Shown piece by piece: positions 1-9,072 of a stretch of 64,000 nt of DNA; the stretch's first letter is position 1, and every line of letters begins with the position of its first letter. The notes beneath the pieces are model-generated. The model worked only from the letters and a program-made list of their open reading frames with translations. It did no database searches and had not been told where the DNA came from. This DNA comes from a virus. Its lineage: Duplodnaviria; Caudoviricetes. The stretch spans positions 3,072 to 67,071 of the IMG/VR virus record IMGVR_UViG_3300032170_000128, one strand, 5' to 3'. Position numbers and translations under genes: made by a program.

Positions 1-2
1 AA

Positions 3-122
3 TTTGGATTCCTCTTCGATGCTGACTATGCTCACGAGATGGCTTTGTGGGCATTGGATGCTATCGGATGGAGTTCTAAAAAATCAGCTCTGGCACTTAT
101 GAAAACAAGCCATATGATTTAA
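3..122 (+). CDS. 3' end of a truncated hypothetical protein
   Basis: Open frame from window edge (FGFLFDADYAHEMALWALDAIGWSS...) ending TAA just before the GGAGG RBS of the next gene. Confidence 0.4.
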   Translation, partial: FGFLFDADYAHEMALWALDAIGWSSKKSALALMKTSHMI

Positions 123-133
123 GGGAGGTAAGA

Positions 134-523
134 ATGAAAAAAGAAATCACAGAAAAGGATATCCAGGAACTTAGGGACGAGGATATTCCGAAGTATGCCA
201 TTCAGCCATTTACTACAGCGTTACTGGTTAAGATCGCACGCGGCGATGTTGACATGAAAAAGCTCGCAGAAGATGAACTTGCCGATAGAGGCCTTGACCT
301 TAGCGGAAAATGGGTCGGGTTCAAAAAGGCAAAGAGAGCGGAAGGGAGAAAATCAGTCAAAATCATGTGGATGAAGGACGACCAAGTCGCGAAAATATCG
401 TATGCCGATACTGCGGACGAGGCTGAAAAGAAAATCACAAACTCCAGGGATCGCAGATGGGGCAAGGCACTTGTTTTTTTCTGGAGCGATAGACTCAATC
501 GATATGTCTCTGTTCCTGAATAA
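134..523 (+). CDS. Hypothetical phage protein (129 aa)
   Basis: ORF with GGGAGG RBS; no recognised motif. Confidence 0.75.
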   Translation: MKKEITEKDIQELRDEDIPKYAIQPFTTALLVKIARGDVDMKKLAEDELADRGLDLSGKWVGFKKAKRAEGRKSVKIMWMKDDQVAKISYADTADEAEKKITNSRDRRWGKALVFFWSDRLNRYVSVPE

Positions 524-558
524 TTAACCGTTCAGATTAAATTTCAGGAGGTTTTCAA

Positions 559-849
559 ATGTACCAAAATAAAGCATGGAAACAACTCGCAGGTCTTACT
601 CCTGCAGAGGCTGGAGAAAAGGCTGCCCGGGAAGAAAATGCTCTTCGTGAACTCGCCCAAAAACCTTTCTTGGAAAAACTCAAAGACCCCAGAGTTCATG
701 TTCTAGCTCAGAGAGCAATCGGTGCTCTTTACCAGCTTGAGAATTTAGGCATTAAAATCACCGATTGGTATTTTGACGACAGTGGGTCTGAAGTGGAAGT
801 CGAAAATCCCAAAACTTTTAAGAAAAGATGGGTGCAGATTGGAAGGTGA
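559..849 (+). CDS. Hypothetical protein (96 aa)
   Basis: ORF with CAGGAGG RBS, co-directional with neighbours. Confidence 0.75.
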   Translation: MYQNKAWKQLAGLTPAEAGEKAAREENALRELAQKPFLEKLKDPRVHVLAQRAIGALYQLENLGIKITDWYFDDSGSEVEVENPKTFKKRWVQIGR

Positions 850-934
850 AAGCCGAAATGGACGAAAGCTCGTCGATGGGGCTTGGCTGTCCCATCCTGA
901 TGAGGCAGGCCGAAATAAAATACGGGAGGTATCA

Positions 935-1246
935 ATGGAAGGGTTAATCAAATCAAAAGAGTTACCCAAGAATCATGTCATCCTCAGAATCAGGGATTAC
1001 GATGGTAGGTTGGTCGATACGATCGCACAACCATACGATGGGACGCTTGAAAACATGGTGGAGAGAATGAGCAACCTTCAGAGCCAGTTGAATTGGATGG
1101 ATAATGCGAGTGGGATTAACAGCCAGAACTTTGCGACCGACGAGAACGGTCAACTGAAATGGGTCATAGCTCCGAACTGTTCAAGCATGGCGGAGATCGG
1201 CACGAAAGAGGCGAGATATATTTTAGGAGATATCAATGCCAAATAA
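935..1246 (+). CDS. Hypothetical protein (about 103 aa; start revised from 773)
   Basis: GGGAGG RBS precedes ATG at 935 (MEGLIKSK...). Confidence 0.65.
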   Translation: MEGLIKSKELPKNHVILRIRDYDGRLVDTIAQPYDGTLENMVERMSNLQSQLNWMDNASGINSQNFATDENGQLKWVIAPNCSSMAEIGTKEARYILGDINAK

Positions 1247-1394
1247 AAAGAAAGAAAAAACAAAAGTCCTATTTGTCAGGATACCCGAATCCTGGATCGA
1301 GAAAATCAATGAGATTGCTGAGACTGAAGCTCGGACTCAGGTCTCAGTGGCACGTCAGGCAATCAAGGAGTTTCTGGAAAGGAGAGAGAAATAA
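1236..1394 (+). CDS. Ribbon-helix-helix (CopG/Arc-like) DNA-binding protein, 52 aa (not in ORF track)
   Basis: Translates MPNKKKEKTKVLFVRIPESWIEKINEIAETEARTQVSVARQAIKEFLERREK; alternating beta strand (VLFVRIP) plus two helices; AGGAGA RBS. Confidence 0.7.
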   Translation: MPNKKKEKTKVLFVRIPESWIEKINEIAETEARTQVSVARQAIKEFLERREK

Positions 1395-1503
1395 AAAAAA
1401 TAAAGAAAAGGAGATAAAACAGAGGCTTCCTATCACAAATGTCTCAGCAAAATGGCGGGAGAACTGGTGATAATAGCCTTGAAAGAACCAGAATTTTTTA
1501 AAA

Positions 1504-1531
1504 TTGACAGCATAAAAAAGAAGAGGATAAT
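1504..1531 (+). promoter_or_regulatory. Candidate sigma70 promoter for the Toprim gene
   Basis: TTGACA-16 nt-GATAAT, then GGGAGG RBS and ATG 1552. Confidence 0.5.
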
Positions 1532-1551
1532 GAAGGAATAGGGAGGCGAGA

Positions 1552-2442
1552 ATGAAAGAATACGAGCCGAAACCCAAACAAAAAGCGATTCTCGACTTCG
1601 CTTACGGGGTCCTAGGGGCGCTCCCCTACAAGGTCTCCCTGCGTTGGCTCTTCTATCCGTTGCTGCAGAAGGGGTTTTACAAAACCAAAAAGGACATGCT
1701 GAAGTGGAAGAAACTATGCGCCAAGGCGAGGAACAGGTTTTACGGCGAGTGGCGGCCATGGACTCTGGAGGACGACACCAGGCGCGTCGTACGAGATATT
1801 GATTATTGGGAGATGCCAACCATCGGCGATTATTTGAAAACCCTGCCCGAGCATCTGGCTCGAATGGTGATATTCTCCATCGACCATTTCTACCACCAGG
1901 ACATCTATGCTGAGCTCTGGTTCGAGTCCCGGGGCATGAGGCCGCAATTCGAGTACTTCACAAAGGGCATCCCGATCGATAAGGTGCCACTGGGCGGGGA
2001 CACTTCGATCCCCATAGTATGGGAGGTCGCCAAAGGACTGGAAGAAAAGAGAGACCGCTACGGCAAAAAAATCGTAGTGCTTTACTTCGGCGATTTCGAT
2101 TTGCCTGGCAAGAAGATAAAGGAGAAGACCGCGGACCGCGTAAAGAGATGGAGCGATGCGGAGTTCGAAATTGAATGGTGCGGACTCACCGAAGAGCAAA
2201 TAAAGAAATATGGCCTGCCCGAGAAACCGGACAAGCCCGGCTCGTATGAATGGGAGTCATTTGCGGTTCTGGGGGACCGGGGACACGAGATAGCCGGCGA
2301 GATCATAAGGGACAGCATTTCCAAATACGTCGATCTCTCAATCGTAGAGAAAACGAGGAAGGAGGCGGCCAAGGAAGAGGACAAGTGGCGGGAGATTGTA
2401 AAGAGGGGAGTCCAGAACTTGGTCAGAAAGAATCTGAACTAA
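1552..2442 (+). CDS. Toprim-domain protein (Topo VI-A/Spo11/JetD-like)
   Basis: SLRWLFY near N terminus, ELWFES acidic motif and VVLYFGDFDxPG DxD motif typical of stand-alone Toprim proteins. Confidence 0.7.
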   Translation: MKEYEPKPKQKAILDFAYGVLGALPYKVSLRWLFYPLLQKGFYKTKKDMLKWKKLCAKARNRFYGEWRPWTLEDDTRRVVRDIDYWEMPTIGDYLKTLPEHLARMVIFSIDHFYHQDIYAELWFESRGMRPQFEYFTKGIPIDKVPLGGDTSIPIVWEVAKGLEEKRDRYGKKIVVLYFGDFDLPGKKIKEKTADRVKRWSDAEFEIEWCGLTEEQIKKYGLPEKPDKPGSYEWESFAVLGDRGHEIAGEIIRDSISKYVDLSIVEKTRKEAAKEEDKWREIVKRGVQNLVRKNLN

Positions 2443-2452
2443 GAAGGTTTGA

Positions 2453-2704
2453 ATGATAAAAGAATGTCCCAATTGTAATAATTCCATGGTGGAAGTGAAG
2501 CGTGGGCTTGACGAGGGCAGAATAATTTATCTTTATCCAAAGGAGCTTGGGCAAAAATATAAAGACCGACACTATCACGAATACCGATTCTACTGCGACT
2601 CATGCCAAAAAGAGTGGACTTACGACAGCCTGTTCCAGTCATTCGAGGAAGTGCCAGAAGACTCTCAATTTTATTATGATAAAAAGAAAGAAATTCTCAT
2701 TTAA
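2453..2704 (+). CDS. Small Zn-ribbon protein
   Basis: CPNC...CDSC pairs. Confidence 0.6.
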   Translation: MIKECPNCNNSMVEVKRGLDEGRIIYLYPKELGQKYKDRHYHEYRFYCDSCQKEWTYDSLFQSFEEVPEDSQFYYDKKKEILI

Positions 2705-2781
2705 ACTTTCTTTGATGTAGGGGGTAGATTTTCTTAGCTTTCTGTGATAAAAAGCTTTATAATCTTATATATTAAGAGGGA

Positions 2782-3510
2782 GTGAAAATGAGAAAAAGAT
2801 TGGTTTTTTTGATTTCTTTATTTTTTATTGTCTTGATTGTCTTTATCTACTCAGATTTTACAAACATAGAAAACATGAGAAGAAGATTTACGAAAAAGTA
2901 TATTTCAACTGATGTTCATTTTGGGCATACGAAGTGGTTAGGGATTCACGTCATTCAAACTCCCTGCGATATGTGGGCAATCCAGGAAATTATAACTGAG
3001 ATAAAGCCGGATTTTATCATTGAGACCGGAACATTGTATGGAGGCTCGGCTTTGTTTTTCGCCAGCGTTCTTCAAGACGTTAATAAGGATGGGAAGGTAA
3101 TAACTGTAGATATTGAAGATAATACTAAAACTCAGAACGCTTCAAATCTTAAATTATTTCAGGACTATATAGAATTCATTCATGGTGACAGCGTATCACA
3201 GGAGGTTATTGACAAGATAGCGAATAGAATCGGGAACTCTTCAAGGGTTATCGTCACGCTTGATTCTGACCACAGCAAAGATCATGTTTTAAAAGAGATG
3301 GAACTATATTATAAGTTTGTTTCTCTGGGTAGCTATTTGATAGTTCAAGACACACAGCTTGATGGATGGGGTTTTCGGAAGAATTTTGAAGGACCAATGA
3401 GTGCTATAAAGGAATTTTTTAAAACAAACGATGATTTTATTGTTGATTATAACAGAGAGAAGTTTCTGTTGACGTGGTTTTCTGGCGGTTTTTTGAAGAG
3501 AATCAAATAA
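2782..3510 (+). CDS. CmcI (cephalosporin hydroxylase/rhamnosyl O-methyltransferase) family SAM methyltransferase with N-terminal membrane anchor
   Basis: WLG..IQTPCDMWAIQEII.EIKPDFIIETGTLYGGSALFFA, VITVDI, GDSVS, VTLDSDHSKDHVL.E, GSYLIVQDT motifs; hydrophobic N terminus; AT-rich. Confidence 0.85.
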   Translation: MKMRKRLVFLISLFFIVLIVFIYSDFTNIENMRRRFTKKYISTDVHFGHTKWLGIHVIQTPCDMWAIQEIITEIKPDFIIETGTLYGGSALFFASVLQDVNKDGKVITVDIEDNTKTQNASNLKLFQDYIEFIHGDSVSQEVIDKIANRIGNSSRVIVTLDSDHSKDHVLKEMELYYKFVSLGSYLIVQDTQLDGWGFRKNFEGPMSAIKEFFKTNDDFIVDYNREKFLLTWFSGGFLKRIK

Positions 3511-3795
3511 TCTCTGGCCAAAAAATCTTTCCTAGTTGATAATTTACCTATTTCTGTATTTATAGCAATACGGTCATCGGCAGGTCAAAGGAAATTAAGC
3601 GACTTCAACCCGATGAATACGGTGAGATGCCTGACAGTGAAAAAGCCTTTCTAGTAGAAAGGGTAGATGGTTTTGGAAACACCCTCCGCTATGTTGTCCA
3701 TGAGAATGAAATTTTAAAAGATTGAGTGGATACAATTAGGACACCCTATTTCGTTTTTTCTTCCCTCCTTCTTCCTCCCCATCAAAGAGGTCCAA

Positions 3796-3831
3796 CGCTC
3801 CCCAAGCCTGTTTCTAGATCAGCGGGGAGCG
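3796..3831. terminator. GC-rich hairpin between convergent transcription units
   Basis: CGCTCCCC...GGGGAGCG inverted repeat just past the last - strand tail gene; no clean U tract. Confidence 0.35.
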
Positions 3832-3852
3832 ATATGTCTTGTCTATGAGTTC

Positions 3853-4188
3853 CTATTCATCAGACTCGGCTTCCTGGCCTTTGCTGGTCTTCTTCTTTTT
3901 CTGTGGTCTCTTCTTCACCGTCGTGCGGATTCCGGGAAATCGCTTGCCCTTGCCGAAGCGGACCAGCGTCTTCCCGTCCTGAGTTATGCCCCATTCGCCG
4001 AGCTGATCCTCTGGCACACCTAGCTCCCGGGCGATCACGATCACAGCGTTGTCGATATCTTCCTTCCTCTGCCGCCAGAGCTGATTGACCTGGTTGAATA
4101 GCTGGACCTTCATCGCCAGCAACTCGACCTGGGAAACCATGAGAGGTTTGCTCGCCAGTTTCTTCTCTTTCTTGTTTTTTTTCGACAT
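3853..4188 (-). CDS. Hypothetical protein after tail fibre (possible fibre chaperone)
   Basis: AAGGAG RBS; helical core, Lys-rich ends; function from position only. Confidence 0.6.
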   Translation of the reverse strand: MSKKNKKEKKLASKPLMVSQVELLAMKVQLFNQVNQLWRQRKEDIDNAVIVIARELGVPEDQLGEWGITQDGKTLVRFGKGKRFPGIRTTVKKRPQKKKKTSKGQEAESDE

Positions 4189-4199
4189 TCATTCTCCTT

Positions 4200-5633
4200 T
4201 TATGCGGTTGCTAATAATCCAGCATTTTCCAATGCCACTAAAATCGCATTTATTGTCACGGCATTATTGGCAGCCGTGTCTCCTGGCGCGTCTGCGATAT
4301 GCGCCTGTTGATAGAGTTTGATAATAGTATCGTTTTCATTTCTGATATGACAAGCGGCATGCCCAGCGACTATATCCGCCGAGTACATTTGGAAGCGGTC
4401 GGCAGGAGAGGAGGAGGGGGGCGTGCCTGTACCCAGGGCAAATACGCCCGTTGTAAGAAAATCATGGGTTTCGTTCGTCCAATCATAGTGTTTTGCTGCC
4501 ACGTAATCGGCGAATAGGTCATGGCTGAGATTGTAAATGTTGACTGGAGCGGATAGATTTAGGTCTGTTCCGTTGATACCAACATAAGCGGTGATGAGGT
4601 CGTCCTCAAACCTGGCTGCCGTAACCTCGCCACCGAGGCCAGCGGTAGCCGAGTTTGCCCTTATCTCAACAGTTCCATTTGCAGCGCGACTGCAAAGAAC
4701 CACGTTATTAGAGCCGGCCCAAAGTAAGCCATAACGAGGACCGCCCGCACTATCCGTATATTGCAAACCGCCGCCACCGCCCCAATCCGCTGTCCATTGA
4801 ATAGCGTGATTAGCATCTGGAAGCTGAATAGCACCACCTGGAGATATTTCAAAATGAGAATTTGTCCCTACCAGCCCCTCACCTATTTTAAATTTTAAGC
4901 CATCACTATAATCAAAACCCACCGACCATTTAATTACATTATCTTCCTCGAATTTTATGTAAGCGTCATCATCATGAGCATCTGCCGTAAAAAAAGCTGA
5001 AGTGCCTGAATCTATTTCAACATTTGTTCCGTTTGATAGGAAACTGCCCGTACATCTTAAAGTTCCAGTGATATCAACCGAGTATTGCGGCGAATCCTGA
5101 AAGAACCCAACCCTCGAGGTCGCAGCATCCAGACATAGCATGCTAATTTGCTCGGTTCCCATCGGAGAATCATAATGCATGTGGAATTTCTGGTCTGCGG
5201 CATCTATACCAAAAGCAAACCCCCTATTATTCGCAGACTCTTCCCAGTGTACCCAAGGTCGCATGGTTGCTGACACTCTGAAGAGGGCAGTCGCACCAGG
5301 ATTGTTGAGGTGGAAAGTGCAATCTGGAACGCCGAGTATGCCGAGTCTTTTGTTCGTAGCGTCCCAGAAAAAGTTTGTGTTGTCCTCGGTGAGTGCTCCC
5401 CCCGCGTCAGCGAAGGGGATCGAGCCTTGGGTCAGGCCTATCACATTGGAAGCATCGACCTGGCCCTTTCCCCCGCCAGAATAACCTTCGAAAAAAGCAT
5501 CGATTTCCGATTTCGAATAACTGTGTCCCGGAACATAGTTTTTAATTCGCGCCCAGATCCCGTGAGCCCTTAATGGATGTGCGCGGAGGTGCTTCTGGAA
5601 TTCTGTGCTGGCCGGGAAACCCTTCTCTATCAT
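4200..5633 (-). CDS. Tail fibre/receptor-binding-like protein (477 aa)
   Basis: Last large gene of tail module; Gly/Ala/Thr-rich beta repeats such as GSIPFADAGGALTEDNTNFFWDATNKRLGI. Confidence 0.7.
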   Translation of the reverse strand: MIEKGFPASTEFQKHLRAHPLRAHGIWARIKNYVPGHSYSKSEIDAFFEGYSGGGKGQVDASNVIGLTQGSIPFADAGGALTEDNTNFFWDATNKRLGILGVPDCTFHLNNPGATALFRVSATMRPWVHWEESANNRGFAFGIDAADQKFHMHYDSPMGTEQISMLCLDAATSRVGFFQDSPQYSVDITGTLRCTGSFLSNGTNVEIDSGTSAFFTADAHDDDAYIKFEEDNVIKWSVGFDYSDGLKFKIGEGLVGTNSHFEISPGGAIQLPDANHAIQWTADWGGGGGLQYTDSAGGPRYGLLWAGSNNVVLCSRAANGTVEIRANSATAGLGGEVTAARFEDDLITAYVGINGTDLNLSAPVNIYNLSHDLFADYVAAKHYDWTNETHDFLTTGVFALGTGTPPSSSPADRFQMYSADIVAGHAACHIRNENDTIIKLYQQAHIADAPGDTAANNAVTINAILVALENAGLLATA

Positions 5634-8299
5634 ATCAAAACCTTCTCCATCTTTACTCCCGTCTTTCCATTTTGCGGATTTTTCTCGATTCTCAATATTC
5701 TCAGTGCAATCTCTGAGGCCGTCCCGCTCGAATCGAAGAATCTCGTCCGGCTGAACGGCACCAAATCGCCGGGGAACACATCGAAGAGGATCATCGGCAG
5801 CTCGTCTTCGATATACGCTTTGTTAAGCAGAGCGAGAATGGTTGTAGCCAATGCCTGCGCAGCTACGTTCGATTCAAAATAGCAATACATGGGAAGCTCT
5901 TTCTCTACTCCGAACTTCGATTTGATATCATCATCCACCGCTTCTTCGGAAGGCCATTTGCCTTCCAACTCGATGCCCTCAGCATAAGAGACCTTGACTT
6001 TCCAGTAGAGCGAATCCCGGCTCTTCCGATGCATATGCCCTTTGGATTGAAAATTCCCGATGTATTTTGCTCTCGATGAAACGGTTGTTTGTAGCGGTCG
6101 CAATCCGATTCTGCCTTCCCCGTCCTGAATAATGTACGCTTCTGACGAATGTTCGAGCGTCCTTATGATCTCGTTGAAATTCGTGTCTTTGCACAGAGGA
6201 ATGGACACGCTCTTCTTGTTCGCGTATTTCGTCTCGTAAATCCAGTCGGTATTGAGTTCGGCTGTCAGCAGACTCGCTTCCACATTCAGTATATCCTTGA
6301 AAACTTCCGCAGGACCGCTCACGTATTCGGGAGTTTCGCCTGATACCGGGACATAAGTGCCGAACGGTTCATTGGCAGAATTCACCTTTCCCGTGAAAGA
6401 GACCAGAACGATATTGTCTTCACCAATCTCAAGGTCCCGGTCAAATACAATAATGCTTCTCCGAAGGTCGACATAATAATCGCCCGGAGATGCGTAATCC
6501 GTTCCTTTTTCCTTCTTGACGCCGTCCACCTTGACTCTGCTAACACCCCAAGAACGTCCGTCATGAAAGTGAAACTTAGCCGATGATTTCTCATTTGCGT
6601 TGTATGCTCCAATAGGAACCGGAGGGACATCAGTGATGTATCCCCACACTTTGAGCTTCTCTTCTCCCTTAAAGTCATCCTCAAGGCCGGGAAAGAAGAG
6701 CTGGCCATCACCCTGGTCGGTCTTCCAATATCTGTTGAGTACGAGATTCCTCTCCAGTCCCTCTCTGACGTCACCCAGAGAGAAGGTAATCTTCTTATCT
6801 GTAATAGACTTATCCGAGATATACGCCGAGAACATCTTCTTGAACTTGGAGAGCGAATCGAATGTCTCTTTGCCGACATAGATCCCGAGCTTCGCTCCTA
6901 TCCAGGTGAATGTCTCGAACCGCTTGTCGAAATAGTATTCCCCATCGCTTAGGGCGTTCATGAAGGATATCGAACCCGTGGAGAGCCTGAAGCTTCCCTC
7001 GCAATAAGATTTGATCTCCTGTATGACGCCGGGAATATTGTTCGCTGAAAGCCAGGGTGGAAGGGTGCAGAGGGAATCAGCGTAATCAAACTCTCTATTC
7101 GGAATGAGATGGGTGAATCCGCCTTCCATGAAGAAGTCGTCCGGGTCTACTCCGGTGCTTGAATGGACATAAAGTTTCCGGATCGAAGTGTCCCACCACC
7201 AAGTACCAGCAGTTGCCTGGACTGTCTCAATGTCTGTCTTCTCAGTCAACGCAATTCCGTTCTCCCGCACGCTGTCAATCTCAAGCCCCCTCTCATCTAT
7301 TTCTATATCATAAACGGGAGCCTCTCCCGCTGTGGGTTCGAATCCCGATAAGGTCATCTTTAAATCGATCTCGGCGATATAGACAGGCTCGACATTCGGA
7401 TCTCTGATAAGGATCTCAAACTCTGTTCTCACACGCACAGCGAGGCATGTGTCATCGTGTGCCGAGGAGCTGGCGGAATCTCCCACGCCGTTATACGCAT
7501 AAATCCTCACCCAATACCGCTGGCTTGGAGTGAGTCCTTTGAAGAGAAACGTCAGCACATCAGCAGCCACGATGTATTCGGTTTCATCTTCGATAAAATT
7601 GTCATTGGAAATCTGGACTTTGTATCCGGCAACCTCAAATCCCGCAGCGGGGGCAACCCAAATGACCCGCATCTCTTCGTCTGTGACTTCCGTAATATCA
7701 GCACCCGTGGGATCATTGGGAATATTGTTCGCCGTCACTTGAACTCCAGTCGCATAACCGGCAGAATAGTTTGAGGGGTTCTGTCTGGCATTCACCCGAT
7801 ATTGATAATCATCGCCTGGAGTGACAGTTGTATCTCTCCAGCTCTCCACATTGGCTTTTACAACAAAAGTAGGACTTCCCTGTGCAGGCCATCCTCCATC
7901 ATTGTCATTTCTGTATATGCAGAAAGCATCCTCTAATGAAGAGTTATCCTTCCAGCTTATCTCGATAAAATCAGCAAAGACTTCAGTCTCAATATCCGAT
8001 GGGTCTTGTAATATAGCATGAGTCGTAGCGCAACCAGGAGCTGAAAATCCAGAGTATTCTTCAAGTGGAGGAGGACCTAAACCTTGCAGTTTATAGCAAT
8101 AAGGTGTATTTGCATCCAGATTGCCCAGACGCCATGATGTCCTGAAGCCTGCGAGATAGTCTACGAGTGTGTACACTCCACCATCTTTGCTCTGTCGGAG
8201 TTCAATCATCATATACTCACCGTTATTGTCCCAGGTGAGCATCCCCGAATAGGGACTGTCGACGGTGAAGACGACATTGGAGGGAGCTTCAAGAGCCAT
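5630..8299 (-). CDS. Tail tip/baseplate hub protein with N-terminal fibronectin type III repeats (889 aa)
   Basis: Three FN3-like units (W...YxYxV: TPYCYKLQG, DDYQYRVNA, QRYWVRIYAYN); follows Dit-like gene. Confidence 0.7.
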   Translation of the reverse strand: MALEAPSNVVFTVDSPYSGMLTWDNNGEYMMIELRQSKDGGVYTLVDYLAGFRTSWRLGNLDANTPYCYKLQGLGPPPLEEYSGFSAPGCATTHAILQDPSDIETEVFADFIEISWKDNSSLEDAFCIYRNDNDGGWPAQGSPTFVVKANVESWRDTTVTPGDDYQYRVNARQNPSNYSAGYATGVQVTANNIPNDPTGADITEVTDEEMRVIWVAPAAGFEVAGYKVQISNDNFIEDETEYIVAADVLTFLFKGLTPSQRYWVRIYAYNGVGDSASSSAHDDTCLAVRVRTEFEILIRDPNVEPVYIAEIDLKMTLSGFEPTAGEAPVYDIEIDERGLEIDSVRENGIALTEKTDIETVQATAGTWWWDTSIRKLYVHSSTGVDPDDFFMEGGFTHLIPNREFDYADSLCTLPPWLSANNIPGVIQEIKSYCEGSFRLSTGSISFMNALSDGEYYFDKRFETFTWIGAKLGIYVGKETFDSLSKFKKMFSAYISDKSITDKKITFSLGDVREGLERNLVLNRYWKTDQGDGQLFFPGLEDDFKGEEKLKVWGYITDVPPVPIGAYNANEKSSAKFHFHDGRSWGVSRVKVDGVKKEKGTDYASPGDYYVDLRRSIIVFDRDLEIGEDNIVLVSFTGKVNSANEPFGTYVPVSGETPEYVSGPAEVFKDILNVEASLLTAELNTDWIYETKYANKKSVSIPLCKDTNFNEIIRTLEHSSEAYIIQDGEGRIGLRPLQTTVSSRAKYIGNFQSKGHMHRKSRDSLYWKVKVSYAEGIELEGKWPSEEAVDDDIKSKFGVEKELPMYCYFESNVAAQALATTILALLNKAYIEDELPMILFDVFPGDLVPFSRTRFFDSSGTASEIALRILRIEKNPQNGKTGVKMEKVLI

Positions 8300-9072
8300 T
8301 AAACAATTTCCTTCACCGATAGCTCCCAGGTCCAGACATTAGCATTTGGCCCGATTGCGTCCTCAAACACCGGGCTGATGAGGTCTACATTCTTGACGAA
8401 TTTGGAGGTGGTGTTCGGGGCATCCTTGTCGAAACAAACAATAAAAGCCTTGTGGGTCCCGACTTCCTTGAAGAGCTTGAGAATCTCTTCCCGTGTCGCA
8501 TCGTCCAGCCCGCGGAAAGGATACCGCCCCGTATCGATGATGGGCTTCTCCTGGACGAATAGGACGTGGGAATCCGAGTACTCCTCTTCCGAGAGATCCT
8601 TGTTTCCTTCGGCGTAGCCGGGTCCTATGTTTCGGTTCGGGGCGAAGGCCTTGCCTAAGAGGATTGTGGCTTGCTTCAGATAGTCGGCCGGATTGGCCGC
8701 GTTCACCGCCTGGACCTTCACATATTGCTTCGTGAAGGCGGTGAAGAAAGCCAGGATATTCTCCGCATAATAAGTGATCGTCCTCTGCACGACATTCACA
8801 GTGAAGGCCGAATCATCCGCCCCGTAGAGCGTGATAACTACATTCGAGTCGAAGTTGTGACCCCGAATTGCTATGGAATCCACTTCCTTCGCAGCACCCA
8901 GATTGTTCGATGCGTACATTGTCGGATGACCATTACTTCGGGTCGGGTGCCTCCAATACATCTCCAGTGTGTCTATCTGTGTATCCGTGACCGGATGCTT
9001 GGGATGTTCGGCAGACTTGGCATAGATGTTGCCCTTCTTCCATTTATTTTCGTAGATTATCCTCAGATTCAT
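8299..9072 (-). CDS. Distal tail (Dit-like) protein
   Basis: Immediately downstream of tape measure, 257 aa, beta-rich; assignment by synteny. Confidence 0.55.
   Translation of the reverse strand: MNLRIIYENKWKKGNIYAKSAEHPKHPVTDTQIDTLEMYWRHPTRSNGHPTMYASNNLGAAKEVDSIAIRGHNFDSNVVITLYGADDSAFTVNVVQRTITYYAENILAFFTAFTKQYVKVQAVNAANPADYLKQATILLGKAFAPNRNIGPGYAEGNKDLSEEEYSDSHVLFVQEKPIIDTGRYPFRGLDDATREEILKLFKEVGTHKAFIVCFDKDAPNTTSKFVKNVDLISPVFEDAIGPNANVWTWELSVKEIV

Noticed and set aside
3564-3724. Short + strand open stretch (...RLQPDEYGEMPDSEKAF...)
   Set aside because: No start codon or RBS at its 5' end; at best a gene remnant.
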